IMG/VR virus record: IMGVR_UViG_3300012943_000005
Span: 1 to 58,911 of that record
Direction: 5' to 3' (one strand)
Source: a virus
Lineage: Duplodnaviria > Caudoviricetes
Length of the DNA: 58,911 nucleotides
Shown: positions 9,259 through 18,379 of the stretch, one piece after another
How the letters are laid out: every line of letters starts with the position of its first letter
How positions within the stretch are numbered: position 1 is the stretch's first letter
Made by a program: the position numbers and the translations under genes
Notes under the pieces: model-generated
Seen by the model: only the letters and a program-made list of their open reading frames with translations
Told to the model about the DNA's origin: nothing
Database searches by the model: none

Positions 9259-11561
9259 GGCATCCCTTCAAGTTGCCACAGCACATAGTCGCGCTTGGAT
9301 GCTGACGCGGAACCTTCCCGCTTCCCGGCGTAGATCGGGCCTGGCGGGGTGAACACCACCCCACCCTCCGGCTCATCCTCGGTGCAGCCGGAGCGGTGCA
9401 TGTCGGTGACGTCGAAGTCCCGCAGCAGCGCCGTCCCGTTCCAGTCGTAGACGTCGAGCCGGTGCAGACCGTCGTGGTTGTGCTCGGTGTCCTCGTTGGT
9501 GGAGCCCCGTAGCCGGTAGATCCGCGACTCCGACGCCCACCAGCCCTGCTGGGTCGGCGAGGTGTCCTTGGTCAGCGTGACCTGCTTGATCGGCTTCGTC
9601 CGATTGGTGCCGTCGGTGAAGTCGGTGCGGTCGAACAGGTAGAACGTCTCCTTGGTGTCGGTCGCGTCGCGGAACATAATGCGGTCGACGTAGCCGCCCA
9701 TCGGCCGCGCGCCCTTGTAGTCCATCTTCTCGCCGGAGGTGCGGGAGACCGTCTTGCCGGGCTTCCAGGCATAGCGGTAGGCCGGGTCTTCTCCGGCCCA
9801 CACGTAGAGGTTCCCGGCGGCGGAGCGGTAGGCGTAGAAGGTCTGGCCGTGCCCGGCGTCGTTGACCTGCATCCAGTTGACGAACGTGCCGTCGTCACGG
9901 AAGCACAGGAACCGGATGTTGCCCTCGTTGTTGTAGTCCTGCGCGACGATCCAGTACGGGTTGTACTTCGTCCCGTCGTCGCAGGTCATGGCGTCGACCC
10001 GGCAGACGCCCTGCAGGTAGGAGACCGACCCGGGCACGGCGTCCATGCTCAGCACCTTCGCCGGGGTCGACTTCCAGCCGGGCTTCGCCGGCGGTGGCGG
10101 CTCCTCGTACTGGTCCAGGTAGTCGGTCGAGAACCAGTTGCCGGTGTACTGCGGTGGCGGCTCCGGCGGGGTCACGCTGCCCTTCGACCCGGCCCACGCG
10201 CGCAGCGCCTTGGCGTCGGCGAACTTGCCGTGGTTCTTGTCGAGCGGCTTCGCGTCGGTGCCCCAGTCGTACTGCCAGAACAACCACTCGGCCTTGATCG
10301 TCGGCTCGCTGCCGGGGTGGGCGATCCACAGGAAGTCGCCGTAGAAGCTGGTGGTGTCGTGGTTGTACCAGTAGTCCTCGTTCGTATACAGCCCGACCAT
10401 CGAGTTCGGGTAGGCCTTCTGCAGCGCCTTGATCGCCTGGTCCTTCTGCGCGCAGGTGGCCGTGCCGTCCTTGTCGTACTCCCAGTCCACCCCGATCAGC
10501 TCGGCGGTCTTCACGACCTTCTGCGAGACGAACCAGTCCACCTGCGCCTGCACGTCGCCGCTGTTGAGCCAGTGGTAGTGGTCGGCGTAGCCCAGCCGGT
10601 TGCGGATGTAGGAGCGCTGGTCATTGCCCTTCTCGTTGGCGTACGACTTGCCCTCGCTGGTCTTGACGAAGGCGTACTGCCAGGCGGTGTCGGACTGCCA
10701 GGCGTTGTCGTTGTTGCTGCTGATGTCGATGCCGTACAGGTAGTCGGTGTCGTAGACGGGCACCCCCGGCGACGATGAGGCGGCCTGTACTTGTTGAGCG
10801 CCCGCCGCCCCGGCGCTGCCTGTGGGGGTGACCTCCTCACCGGCGATCAGCGGTGCTTGGAAAGTTTCACCCTGGGCGCTACTTTCCAAGTCGGAATCGG
10901 CGTTTTCGCGGGTTTTGACCTGGGATGGCTGCTCGGTGTCACCGGCCCAGCCGTTGACCAGCGCCTGGACCACGAAGGTCGCACCCTCCGGCTTGGAGGT
11001 GACCACGGGGTACGTGCTGCCTGGCCCACTCCGCCCGTTGAGGGAGCCGTTCGCCGTCACCACGACCTTCTCGCCGACCTTCACCTTGTTGGGGTTGGTC
11101 GGGTTGGTGGGTGCGATTGGTGTGGGCTGATAGTCCAGCACTGGCTGGGGATCGTCGATCACACTGCAGGACCAGCTGCCCTTGGTGTCAGCGTGGTACT
11201 CCATGTGCAGGTGTGGGCCGGAGACGTTGCCCTCCGCCCCCACGGAGGCGATGTAGTCCCCCACTTCGACCCACACCCCGTCCTTGGGGCGGTCGGTCGT
11301 GTGGGCGAAGAAGACCTCGCCGTCGCCGAACGGCTGCCCCGGGTCGGGGCTGATCGCGAACTGGTGGTTGCCGAACGCGCTCCCGTAGGAGCGGTGCCTG
11401 ATCTGGCCACGGATCGGGGCGGTGATGTCGGTGCCCGCATTGCAGGCGAAGTCGACCCCGGTGTGGATGCCGTTGCCGTTGGCGTCCTCGTTGCACGACC
11501 ACATCGAGCCGCGCTTGCCGTACGGGGTGGAGACACCAACACCCGGGATCGGGTACGTCAT
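9255..11561 (-). CDS. Multidomain endolysin: M23 peptidase, SH3-like, GH25 muramidase, C-terminal propeller-like domain
   Basis: HTGVD and GPHLHME (M23); LNGRSGPG (SH3b); YGIDISSN, FVKTSEG and VDWE (GH25); start MTYPIPG at 11561. Confidence 0.85.
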   Translation of the reverse strand: MTYPIPGVGVSTPYGKRGSMWSCNEDANGNGIHTGVDFACNAGTDITAPIRGQIRHRSYGSAFGNHQFAISPDPGQPFGDGEVFFAHTTDRPKDGVWVEVGDYIASVGAEGNVSGPHLHMEYHADTKGSWSCSVIDDPQPVLDYQPTPIAPTNPTNPNKVKVGEKVVVTANGSLNGRSGPGSTYPVVTSKPEGATFVVQALVNGWAGDTEQPSQVKTRENADSDLESSAQGETFQAPLIAGEEVTPTGSAGAAGAQQVQAASSSPGVPVYDTDYLYGIDISSNNDNAWQSDTAWQYAFVKTSEGKSYANEKGNDQRSYIRNRLGYADHYHWLNSGDVQAQVDWFVSQKVVKTAELIGVDWEYDKDGTATCAQKDQAIKALQKAYPNSMVGLYTNEDYWYNHDTTSFYGDFLWIAHPGSEPTIKAEWLFWQYDWGTDAKPLDKNHGKFADAKALRAWAGSKGSVTPPEPPPQYTGNWFSTDYLDQYEEPPPPAKPGWKSTPAKVLSMDAVPGSVSYLQGVCRVDAMTCDDGTKYNPYWIVAQDYNNEGNIRFLCFRDDGTFVNWMQVNDAGHGQTFYAYRSAAGNLYVWAGEDPAYRYAWKPGKTVSRTSGEKMDYKGARPMGGYVDRIMFRDATDTKETFYLFDRTDFTDGTNRTKPIKQVTLTKDTSPTQQGWWASESRIYRLRGSTNEDTEHNHDGLHRLDVYDWNGTALLRDFDVTDMHRSGCTEDEPEGGVVFTPPGPIYAGKREGSASASKRDYVLWQLEGMP

Positions 11562-11644
11562 CAGCTGAAGATGCCGATGAGCGCGAACACCAGCAACAGC
11601 ACGACGATGACGAGGATCGTCGGAACCATCCATGACTGGTTCAT
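11561..11644 (-). CDS. 27-aa membrane peptide upstream of the lysin
   Basis: MNQSWMVPTILVIVVLLLVFALIGIFS; stop/start overlaps on both sides. Confidence 0.6.
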   Translation of the reverse strand: MNQSWMVPTILVIVVLLLVFALIGIFS

Positions 11645-11787
11645 CGCTTCACCGTGATCCTTCCTCCGCCGTTCCGGATGACCGCAGCACGAGCCTGCAC
11701 CTCGGACGTGTAGTCCTTCGTGCTGCCGTCCTTGGCGGTGTAGACCCACGTCTGCTTGGTCTTGGTTCCTTGACAGGCGCACGCCAT
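11641..11787 (-). CDS. 48-aa protein after the capsid protease
   Basis: MACACQGTKTKQTWVYTAKDG...; MxCxC start; immediately follows the protease stop. Confidence 0.7.
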   Translation of the reverse strand: MACACQGTKTKQTWVYTAKDGSTKDYTSEVQARAAVIRNGGGRITVKR

Positions 11788-11788
11788 G

Positions 11789-14278
11789 TCAGCCCACCCT
11801 CTCTCGTAGCTTGGCCATCTTCTCTCGACGGATGACTGCGGCGATCGCCGCAGCCTGCGCCATCTCGATCAGCTCCTGCACCGGGTCCTCCGGCTTGGCC
11901 ACCACACCGGCAGCCACCAAGGAGACCTGCTGACGGTCGTGCACCGTGACGACGGGGAAGCCCGCCACGTTGACGGCCAGAGCCGCGATCATCTCCATGT
12001 CGGCCCCCCGCTCGCGCCAGTCACCCGAGACGTCAGAGGCCCGCAGTGCGACGATCTGCTGCTCGGTGGTACCCGGACGCACCCACCCCGCGCACCAGAT
12101 GCCGTGCTCGTCCTCACCCACACTGACGTCGCAGACAGCCGCCGTGGTGTTGTCGTAGTGCGCCGCTGCCGGTCGCAGTCCCATCCGCCCGGGAGCATGG
12201 CCGTTGCCCAGTGAGATCACCCCGGTGCGCGCCGTCTCACCGTTGTCCAGCAGCACCGAGCCGGTGGCGTAGTAGGCGTACCCCGAGGGGGAGTTCGGCG
12301 GGGCCACACAGACCCCGTCGTAGCCGACGTGACAGGTCCCCCACTCCGCGATGTGGCCGAACACCCGGCCCTCCTCGGTGATCGTGAGGTGAGTGGGACC
12401 CTCCAGGTTTGGGTTGTCGAACCAGGCAGCGGGAGCCTTGATGGACGCAGCGCTGGCCACCATGCTCAGAGCCGGACCCCGCTCCGCGGAGTCGGCTTTA
12501 GCCATGGATACAGCCGCCTGCTCACTCGGTGCCCGACCGGGCCAGAAGCCGATGGCATCGTGGTGCCACTGAGCGCAGATCTGGTTCAGGAAGCGCGTGT
12601 CCTCCGGGGAGTTCTCGGCGATCTTCTCCCCCACCAGAGCGCGGCAGCGGTTGAAGTCCCCCGGCACCCCCCAGTTGATCTTGGCGTAGCCCTCGTGCCC
12701 CGGCTGGGTCCAGTAAGCCCAGATGCGCCGGGTGTCCTCCGGGTTGGTGATCCACCCCGGCCCACGCCCGAACGTCTCAGCCTCCTCGCTGGCCTTGAGC
12801 ACGTCAGGAACCTCTTCCCCCAGCTGCCTGTACGCGCCGCGCAGTTGCCGGGCTGCGCTGGCCTTGGCCTCGGCCGGTGCGTCCACCTGGTTGAACCGGG
12901 AGGCTGCCGCGTGCACGCCCGCTCGCGACAGTGCCCCACCCGGCTCCTTGATCGGCAGCTTGTGGCAGGACTTCTCATCGCCCGTGCAGACGTGCAGCAC
13001 ACAGGAGGCCTTCCACTGCTCGGGGGTGAAGCGCCCCGCACTGCCGTCCCAGGCGGCGTCGGAGATCATCTCCACCACATCGCCCGCGGTGGCCAGCGAG
13101 TAGGAATCCTCCTCGGCCATCCGGTCCTCGATGTCCGCCGGGGGTTCATCCTGGGCCTTCTTCGCCAAGCACTCCTCGTAGTCGGGAGAGTCGGGATCGC
13201 ACTCGTCGTCATCCGCCTCGTCCAGGAACTCCGGCGGCACCTCGCCGTCCGCCTCGGCCCAGGTGCCCAGCGCGACGAACGCCTCGGCGAAGGCGGGGAT
13301 CGAGACCAGGCAGGCCGAGCACGCCCGCGCCGAGGTGAAGGAGATCTTGCCGGTCTCCTCGTCGAAGGCGAACTCGGAGTCGTCGGCGTCCACGCTCACC
13401 CCGTAGCGTCCGAACTCCGCGATCAGCCCGACCACCTCGTCGGTCTCCGGGGTGTCCACGAAAACGCCCTCGAACCGCATCAGGTTGACCCCGTCCTCGC
13501 CCTCGACCCGCTCGATGGTGTCGATCCGGCCCACCACCACCGAGGTGTTGTGGCCCTCGGCGGTCTGCTTCTGCCAGGTCAGCGGCAGCGGCAGGTCGCG
13601 GGTGCGCAGCGAGCCGGGCATGAACCGGCGGCCATCGCCCGACCACGCACCCTCCGGGGCCATCACGCCATGCCAGGCGAGGGGGGATTCGAGGGGCATG
13701 TCCTTCTCCTTCACAGCGGCCGTCAGAGAGGCGGCGTCGAGGTTGACGTACACAGCCTGCAGAACACACCTGCAGTTCATCGTGTTGTCCAAACTGCCCC
13801 GGGGATCACCTGGGAACCGCAGATTCTCGCCACCGACGAAGAACAGCGAGCCCGGGGGGCGGCGCTGCCGGTCAGCCTTCTGGTGGGCCTCGCGCACGTG
13901 TGAGTCGTGCATGGTGGTCCACCTCAGCAGGATCGGACGAGGGTCGTCGGCAGCCGCCTGCACGCTGGCCGCGTTCATCGTCGAGACTGCCAACCAGGTG
14001 GCGATCCGCTCTGGATCGGAGTCGGTGGTGGTCTTCGCCAGTGCCCGGGCCAGCGACAGCAAGAAAGCGGCGGTGTGTGCCCGCCGGTCCCCGCCCTCGG
14101 CCAGGTAGGTCTGTGTGTAGACCTGGGTGAGGGCCTCGCGCAGGTCGGTCAGCGCCTGCAGGTCGGTCGGGTCGGCGACCAGTGCTTTGGCGTAGGGCAG
14201 CAGATCCGCGATCACCGCGTCCTGCTGGGACCGGCGGCGGGCCGCGAACTCCTCGGTCTCCAGCACGGCGGCAGTCAT
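11789..14278 (-). CDS. MuF-like head morphogenesis and capsid maturation protease fusion
   Basis: WTTMHDSHVREAH...FPGDP...NCRC (MuF); SGDGR and LPLPL protease region; GRVFGHIA.W..CH and SGDWR C-terminal motifs. Confidence 0.8.
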   Translation of the reverse strand: MTAAVLETEEFAARRRSQQDAVIADLLPYAKALVADPTDLQALTDLREALTQVYTQTYLAEGGDRRAHTAAFLLSLARALAKTTTDSDPERIATWLAVSTMNAASVQAAADDPRPILLRWTTMHDSHVREAHQKADRQRRPPGSLFFVGGENLRFPGDPRGSLDNTMNCRCVLQAVYVNLDAASLTAAVKEKDMPLESPLAWHGVMAPEGAWSGDGRRFMPGSLRTRDLPLPLTWQKQTAEGHNTSVVVGRIDTIERVEGEDGVNLMRFEGVFVDTPETDEVVGLIAEFGRYGVSVDADDSEFAFDEETGKISFTSARACSACLVSIPAFAEAFVALGTWAEADGEVPPEFLDEADDDECDPDSPDYEECLAKKAQDEPPADIEDRMAEEDSYSLATAGDVVEMISDAAWDGSAGRFTPEQWKASCVLHVCTGDEKSCHKLPIKEPGGALSRAGVHAAASRFNQVDAPAEAKASAARQLRGAYRQLGEEVPDVLKASEEAETFGRGPGWITNPEDTRRIWAYWTQPGHEGYAKINWGVPGDFNRCRALVGEKIAENSPEDTRFLNQICAQWHHDAIGFWPGRAPSEQAAVSMAKADSAERGPALSMVASAASIKAPAAWFDNPNLEGPTHLTITEEGRVFGHIAEWGTCHVGYDGVCVAPPNSPSGYAYYATGSVLLDNGETARTGVISLGNGHAPGRMGLRPAAAHYDNTTAAVCDVSVGEDEHGIWCAGWVRPGTTEQQIVALRASDVSGDWRERGADMEMIAALAVNVAGFPVVTVHDRQQVSLVAAGVVAKPEDPVQELIEMAQAAAIAAVIRREKMAKLRERVG

Positions 14279-16038
14279 GCTGAGACCTGCTCAGCCAGCC
14301 GCAGCCAGTTCACCAACCGCTCGCGCTTGTGCGGACTCTGCTCGTTCATCAGCGAGACACAGTACGAGGACAGGACCGGGATCACCGCGTCCGGTTCGGC
14401 GATCCCGGCCAGCACCTGGGGGGCACAGGACCAGGCGTCGTCGAGCAGTCTCTCGGCCGAGCCGTTGGCCTTGACGTAGACGTGAGTCTCGTAGGCTGGT
14501 GCCCCGGGCGGTCGCGAGACGCTCTGTCGAAGCCTGTTACCCGCCCGTTCCAAGGCCCGGAACACCAACGCCTCCGAGGCCGCGACGAGAGCGGACTCGC
14601 TCGGATCGCGCGGTCGGACGGGATGCTCGTCCAGAGTCGGGTTGGGCCGCGACTCCCGGGATGTCTCCGGGTCGCTCACCACCCCCAGGTGCACCCCCAG
14701 CTGCTCCAGCGCGGCACCCACCTGTTCGGGCGTGGCACTGCCGGAGGCGACCTTGACCAGCAGCCACATCTTGCGGTGCTCGTCGTCCGGCATGTCGTTG
14801 ACGTCGAAGCCGTTCTCACGCAACAGCGCCTCGGGGGTGATCAACCCCCGGTCGTACAGCTCGAATGCCTCCTTGGACCGGTCCGGTCGCAGCCTCAACG
14901 CCGAGGAGTCGTAGGCGACCAGCGAGAGATCGTCGGTCAGTGGACGCAGGTAACCGACCGTGACGGCGTTGGCGATCACGTCGAGCATCGGCTCGACGTG
15001 GAGCTTGATGGTTGACTCCTCGACCTGCCAGGCACCCCAGTGAGAGACGTTGCCGGAGGAGTCCGAGGTGGTGCCAGACATCCCCAGCACCTGCTCAGGC
15101 GGCAGGTCCATGCCGAGGGCGAACCGGCGGATGGCCTCGTTCCGCAGGCCCATCGAGGCGGAGTCGAGTTCGGACCAGAAGGTCAACAGCCGGGGCTTGT
15201 CGATGGTCTCGTCCGGCGCGGTGACCACGATCGGAACCACCGCTGATGGTGAGGACGGGTCCTCGATCGGTGACATCATCGCGTCGGCCAGGCTGAGCAT
15301 GAACGAGTCGGCCTCGTTCGCCGGCGCAGCGACGGTACTGCCGTCGACATTCTGCTGCTCCGGCGGCGGTGGGAAGGTCATCCCCTGCGGCATGATCAAG
15401 ATGCCGCTGCCTGCCAGCCGTGAGGTGATCTGAGCGAACACATGCCGGGTCAGCCACTCGATCTCGGACAGGATCGGCAGCAGCGCCCGGAACGGAGAGT
15501 CGGCCTCGATCCGATGCGCCGGAGACGGCAGCCAGATCCGGATGACCACATCCTCCTCGGTCAGGTTCACTGCCGGTAGGCCGTTGCCGTAGTTGATCTG
15601 CCAGGCGTTGCCTGCGACCTGCATCTCCAGACAGGAGACGATCTCCCAGGTGTCCACCCCCTCCACCGCGCGACCCACCAGGTAGCACTCACCGGCGATG
15701 GTGAGGTGGGTACCGATGGCGTCCAGCATCTGGGTCTGGCCGTCTCGCCCGTTGAAGAGGTCATCGAGGGCGGCCGCTGCCGGACCCTCGGTCTGCTTCT
15801 CGGTGTCCCCGTTGACGATCCTCGCGGCATAGAGCACCGCCCGCGAGACGGAGTGACCGAAGAACTTGGCGGCGAACCGGGCCTCTCCGCAGATCGAGTA
15901 GTGCCGGTAGCACTCCGCCTGCCAGTCCTGTCTGGGCTGGTAGATCCTGGCAGCCTTGCCCGGATACCGGGTGGCGGATGCCACCATCGAGGTCGTCGGA
16001 ATCACGACCGGATCAGGCTCCACCTTGCGCCGTGGCAT
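14275..16038 (-). CDS. Portal protein
   Basis: 587 aa between terminase and protease; SRLAGSGIL, RFALGMDLPPE and SHW.AW motifs. Confidence 0.85.
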   Translation of the reverse strand: MPRRKVEPDPVVIPTTSMVASATRYPGKAARIYQPRQDWQAECYRHYSICGEARFAAKFFGHSVSRAVLYAARIVNGDTEKQTEGPAAAALDDLFNGRDGQTQMLDAIGTHLTIAGECYLVGRAVEGVDTWEIVSCLEMQVAGNAWQINYGNGLPAVNLTEEDVVIRIWLPSPAHRIEADSPFRALLPILSEIEWLTRHVFAQITSRLAGSGILIMPQGMTFPPPPEQQNVDGSTVAAPANEADSFMLSLADAMMSPIEDPSSPSAVVPIVVTAPDETIDKPRLLTFWSELDSASMGLRNEAIRRFALGMDLPPEQVLGMSGTTSDSSGNVSHWGAWQVEESTIKLHVEPMLDVIANAVTVGYLRPLTDDLSLVAYDSSALRLRPDRSKEAFELYDRGLITPEALLRENGFDVNDMPDDEHRKMWLLVKVASGSATPEQVGAALEQLGVHLGVVSDPETSRESRPNPTLDEHPVRPRDPSESALVAASEALVFRALERAGNRLRQSVSRPPGAPAYETHVYVKANGSAERLLDDAWSCAPQVLAGIAEPDAVIPVLSSYCVSLMNEQSPHKRERLVNWLRLAEQVSA

Positions 16039-16105
16039 CAGACTCTTTCCGCCGGAGGGTTCCCCCGGAGTTTCGCACAAAGCCCGCTACTACGACCAGA
16101 CGTCG

Positions 16106-16438
16106 CTAGTCAATACCGTCCTCGGGCTGGTCGTACGCCACCAGAATCGCAGCCCCGTACGACATGCCCCACCAGATGTTCGGCAACCACCACCACCAGG
16201 CCAGATCACTCAGCAGTGCCCAGGCGATCATCACCGCCGAGAGATAGGGCGCTAGGCAGAAGGCGCACTCACCAAGCTTTCGCCACGGGGAGTCGCCCAC
16301 CGCCACGAAGAACTTCAGCCGCAGCCAGGCCACGGGCGGGAAGTCGTCGAAGACCAGCAGCCGTGCTGTTCGCGCCACGCTGACCGTGGCCACGAACACG
16401 GCGAGAGCCCAGACCCACCAGGGATGGGACGAGAACAT
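16106..16438 (-). CDS. Membrane protein (DUF1360-like)
   Basis: ARTARLLVFD...CAFC motif; hydrophobic. Confidence 0.65.
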   Translation of the reverse strand: MFSSHPWWVWALAVFVATVSVARTARLLVFDDFPPVAWLRLKFFVAVGDSPWRKLGECAFCLAPYLSAVMIAWALLSDLAWWWWLPNIWWGMSYGAAILVAYDQPEDGID

Positions 16439-17880
16439 CAGCCCACGGCCCTCAGGTGACGCCCCGTGCTGCGCCGTCGCAGCAGGGTGTTCGGGCTGGC
16501 GATCGAGGCCGGGGCGATTCGCTTCAACAGGTCGGTGGCCCCGTGCACCAGAGCGTCCACGCGGTTCGGCGAGGGACCGGAGCCGGGCACCCAGGAGGTC
16601 TCCTCGTCCTCCAGCTCGCTGAGCACTCCCTTGCCCACGTGCTTCACCTTGCCCTGCTCGTAGCGCGCGACGATCGGCTCGGCGCGGATCGCCTTGCCAC
16701 GCCGGGAGTCGACGGTGAGGATGCGCGCACCGCCGTAGCCGGAGGTCTCCAGGGTGTGCTTGACCATCTCGCCGCCGTAGTTCTTCTCCGCCACGATCGC
16801 GTCGGAGGCGAAGTCCTCGTAGGCACCGTTCGCCCGCTCGGCCCAGCCCCGGGGGGAGTAGCGGCCGGTGAAGTCGGCCAGCACGTAGATCACCTGGTCG
16901 AAGCCAATGCCCAGCACGATGATGCCGGTGTCGTCGCTGCCCAGCCGGGTCGAGCCGGCCGGGTCGACGGCGACCACGATCCGCTGCAGCGGCGGTGCCT
17001 CCTCCACCCAGTCGAACATGTCCCAGGTCCACAGCGCGCCCTCGACGTCCTCCAGAATCTCCCCGTGCAGCTCCTGGCGGCCCAGTCGGGTGCCTTCGTA
17101 GCGGTCCAGCACGGTGCGCTTGTAGGAGTCGGCCAGGTTGTCGATGTTGGTGTAGGTGGAGACCCGTCGGGTGATCGTGAGTGGGTCACCAACCAGATTC
17201 TTCATCCACTTCGTCGGCTTCGGGGTGGTGGTGGCCACCACCTTCGGGTTCTTGCCCAGTCGCAGCCCCAGCAGCATGTTCGACCAGACGTCCTCGACCA
17301 GGGCGTAGTGCCCGGGCTCGTCCAGCCAGCAGAACCCGGACTCAGGTCCGCGAAGACGGTCCGGCTCCTCAGCCGAGTATCCCTGCGCGATCGCGCCGTT
17401 GGGCCAGGTGAGCCGTTTCTTGCTCGGCTCCCACAGCGGGCGCTTACCAGGAGGAGACGTGGCCAGGATTCCTGATACGCCCTCGACCATCGTGTCGCGC
17501 AGGTCGGGACCGGTGGCCGCAATCAGGATCAGCCGGGAGGTGTGGTTGGTGATCTTGTGGGTGATCTCCGAGCCGGTCCGAGTCTTGCCCGAGCCACGCC
17601 CGCCGGAGAACAGCAGCGTCAGCCAGTCGGGGGAGGCCATCGGCGGTGGCTGCTGGTCGGCCCGGGCGTGCGGCCAGTCCCAGGTGCCGTCCTCGTGGGG
17701 CTGGCCGTTGCACCCTCTGCGCTTACAGAAGAACGGATGCCAGTTGTGCGTCTCGAACTGGCGCAGCATGGTCATCGCCCGCTGTTGGTGCTCGGGCTTC
17801 CAGTGCTTGAACGACTCGATCAGCTCAAGCGGGACACCTTGCAGGTCATCTGGTGACGCCGAGCGCACGTCAGACACCAC
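16438..17880 (-). CDS. Terminase large subunit (start uncertain)
   Basis: Walker A GGRGSGKT, Walker B WLDE, nuclease VAVDPA...DDTG, PNRVDA. Confidence 0.92.
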   Translation of the reverse strand: MVSDVRSASPDDLQGVPLELIESFKHWKPEHQQRAMTMLRQFETHNWHPFFCKRRGCNGQPHEDGTWDWPHARADQQPPPMASPDWLTLLFSGGRGSGKTRTGSEITHKITNHTSRLILIAATGPDLRDTMVEGVSGILATSPPGKRPLWEPSKKRLTWPNGAIAQGYSAEEPDRLRGPESGFCWLDEPGHYALVEDVWSNMLLGLRLGKNPKVVATTTPKPTKWMKNLVGDPLTITRRVSTYTNIDNLADSYKRTVLDRYEGTRLGRQELHGEILEDVEGALWTWDMFDWVEEAPPLQRIVVAVDPAGSTRLGSDDTGIIVLGIGFDQVIYVLADFTGRYSPRGWAERANGAYEDFASDAIVAEKNYGGEMVKHTLETSGYGGARILTVDSRRGKAIRAEPIVARYEQGKVKHVGKGVLSELEDEETSWVPGSGPSPNRVDALVHGATDLLKRIAPASIASPNTLLRRRSTGRHLRAVG

Positions 17881-17972
17881 AACCCCCCGTGCAGACGGGT
17901 CGCGTAGGTACCGAGCCGCAGCATCGTGCCGCAGCCCCCGGCACAACGCTGGGTCCACCGGACCTTCTGCAT
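17820..17972 (-). CDS. Possible small Zn-finger protein
   Basis: CAGGC...CLTC; overlaps the possible terminase start. Confidence 0.35.
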   Translation of the reverse strand: MQKVRWTQRCAGGCGTMLRLGTYATRLHGGLWCLTCARRHQMTCKVSRLS

Positions 17973-18003
17973 GGTGGAAGTGTACTTCCGTGGGTCGGGG
18001 TTG

Positions 18004-18363
18004 TCATCGCACTTCCTCGTCGTCGCTGCCACCCATGCCGTACCTGCCGACGACCACCCGGGTGTGCAACCGGGGGTTCTCCCCGTCCGGCTTGGGTCCC
18101 GGTGTGGAGGTGTTCTCCCCCGTCGGGTCGAACAGGTAGTTCGATGTGGTCCTGCCGGTGGGAAGCTGGGAGATCAGCTCATCCAGATCGAGGTCGAGGT
18201 CTTTCGCGAGCTTTTCGCAGACCGCCAGCTGGCAATAGCGGGTGTTACTCAGAATCCCGGTCGCCAGGCACGCCTTGTAGATTTGGTAGGGCATCCAGGC
18301 CGCAGTGGTGAACTGAATCTTGGCTCGGAACTCGCCGTACTTCTCGTCCAGTCGGAAAGGCAT
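18004..18363 (-). CDS. Hypothetical protein, possibly ribbon-helix-helix DNA-binding
   Basis: 119 aa; KIQFTT strand followed by two helices; junction palindrome 4 nt upstream of the ATG. Confidence 0.55.
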   Translation of the reverse strand: MPFRLDEKYGEFRAKIQFTTAAWMPYQIYKACLATGILSNTRYCQLAVCEKLAKDLDLDLDELISQLPTGRTTSNYLFDPTGENTSTPGPKPDGENPRLHTRVVVGRYGMGGSDDEEVR

Positions 18364-18367
18364 GGCT

Positions 18368-18379
18368 TTATCCGGCTAA
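18368..18379 (-). repeat. Junction palindrome with 0-nt spacer (TTAGCCGGATAA on minus)
   Basis: Supplies the TAA stop of 18368..18895. Confidence 0.75.

Noticed and set aside
12329-13903. Long antisense ORFs (also 18399..20009, 48702..50111 and 54296..55822)
   Set aside because: Shadow frames of real genes, expected at high GC3; no RBS or recognisable motifs
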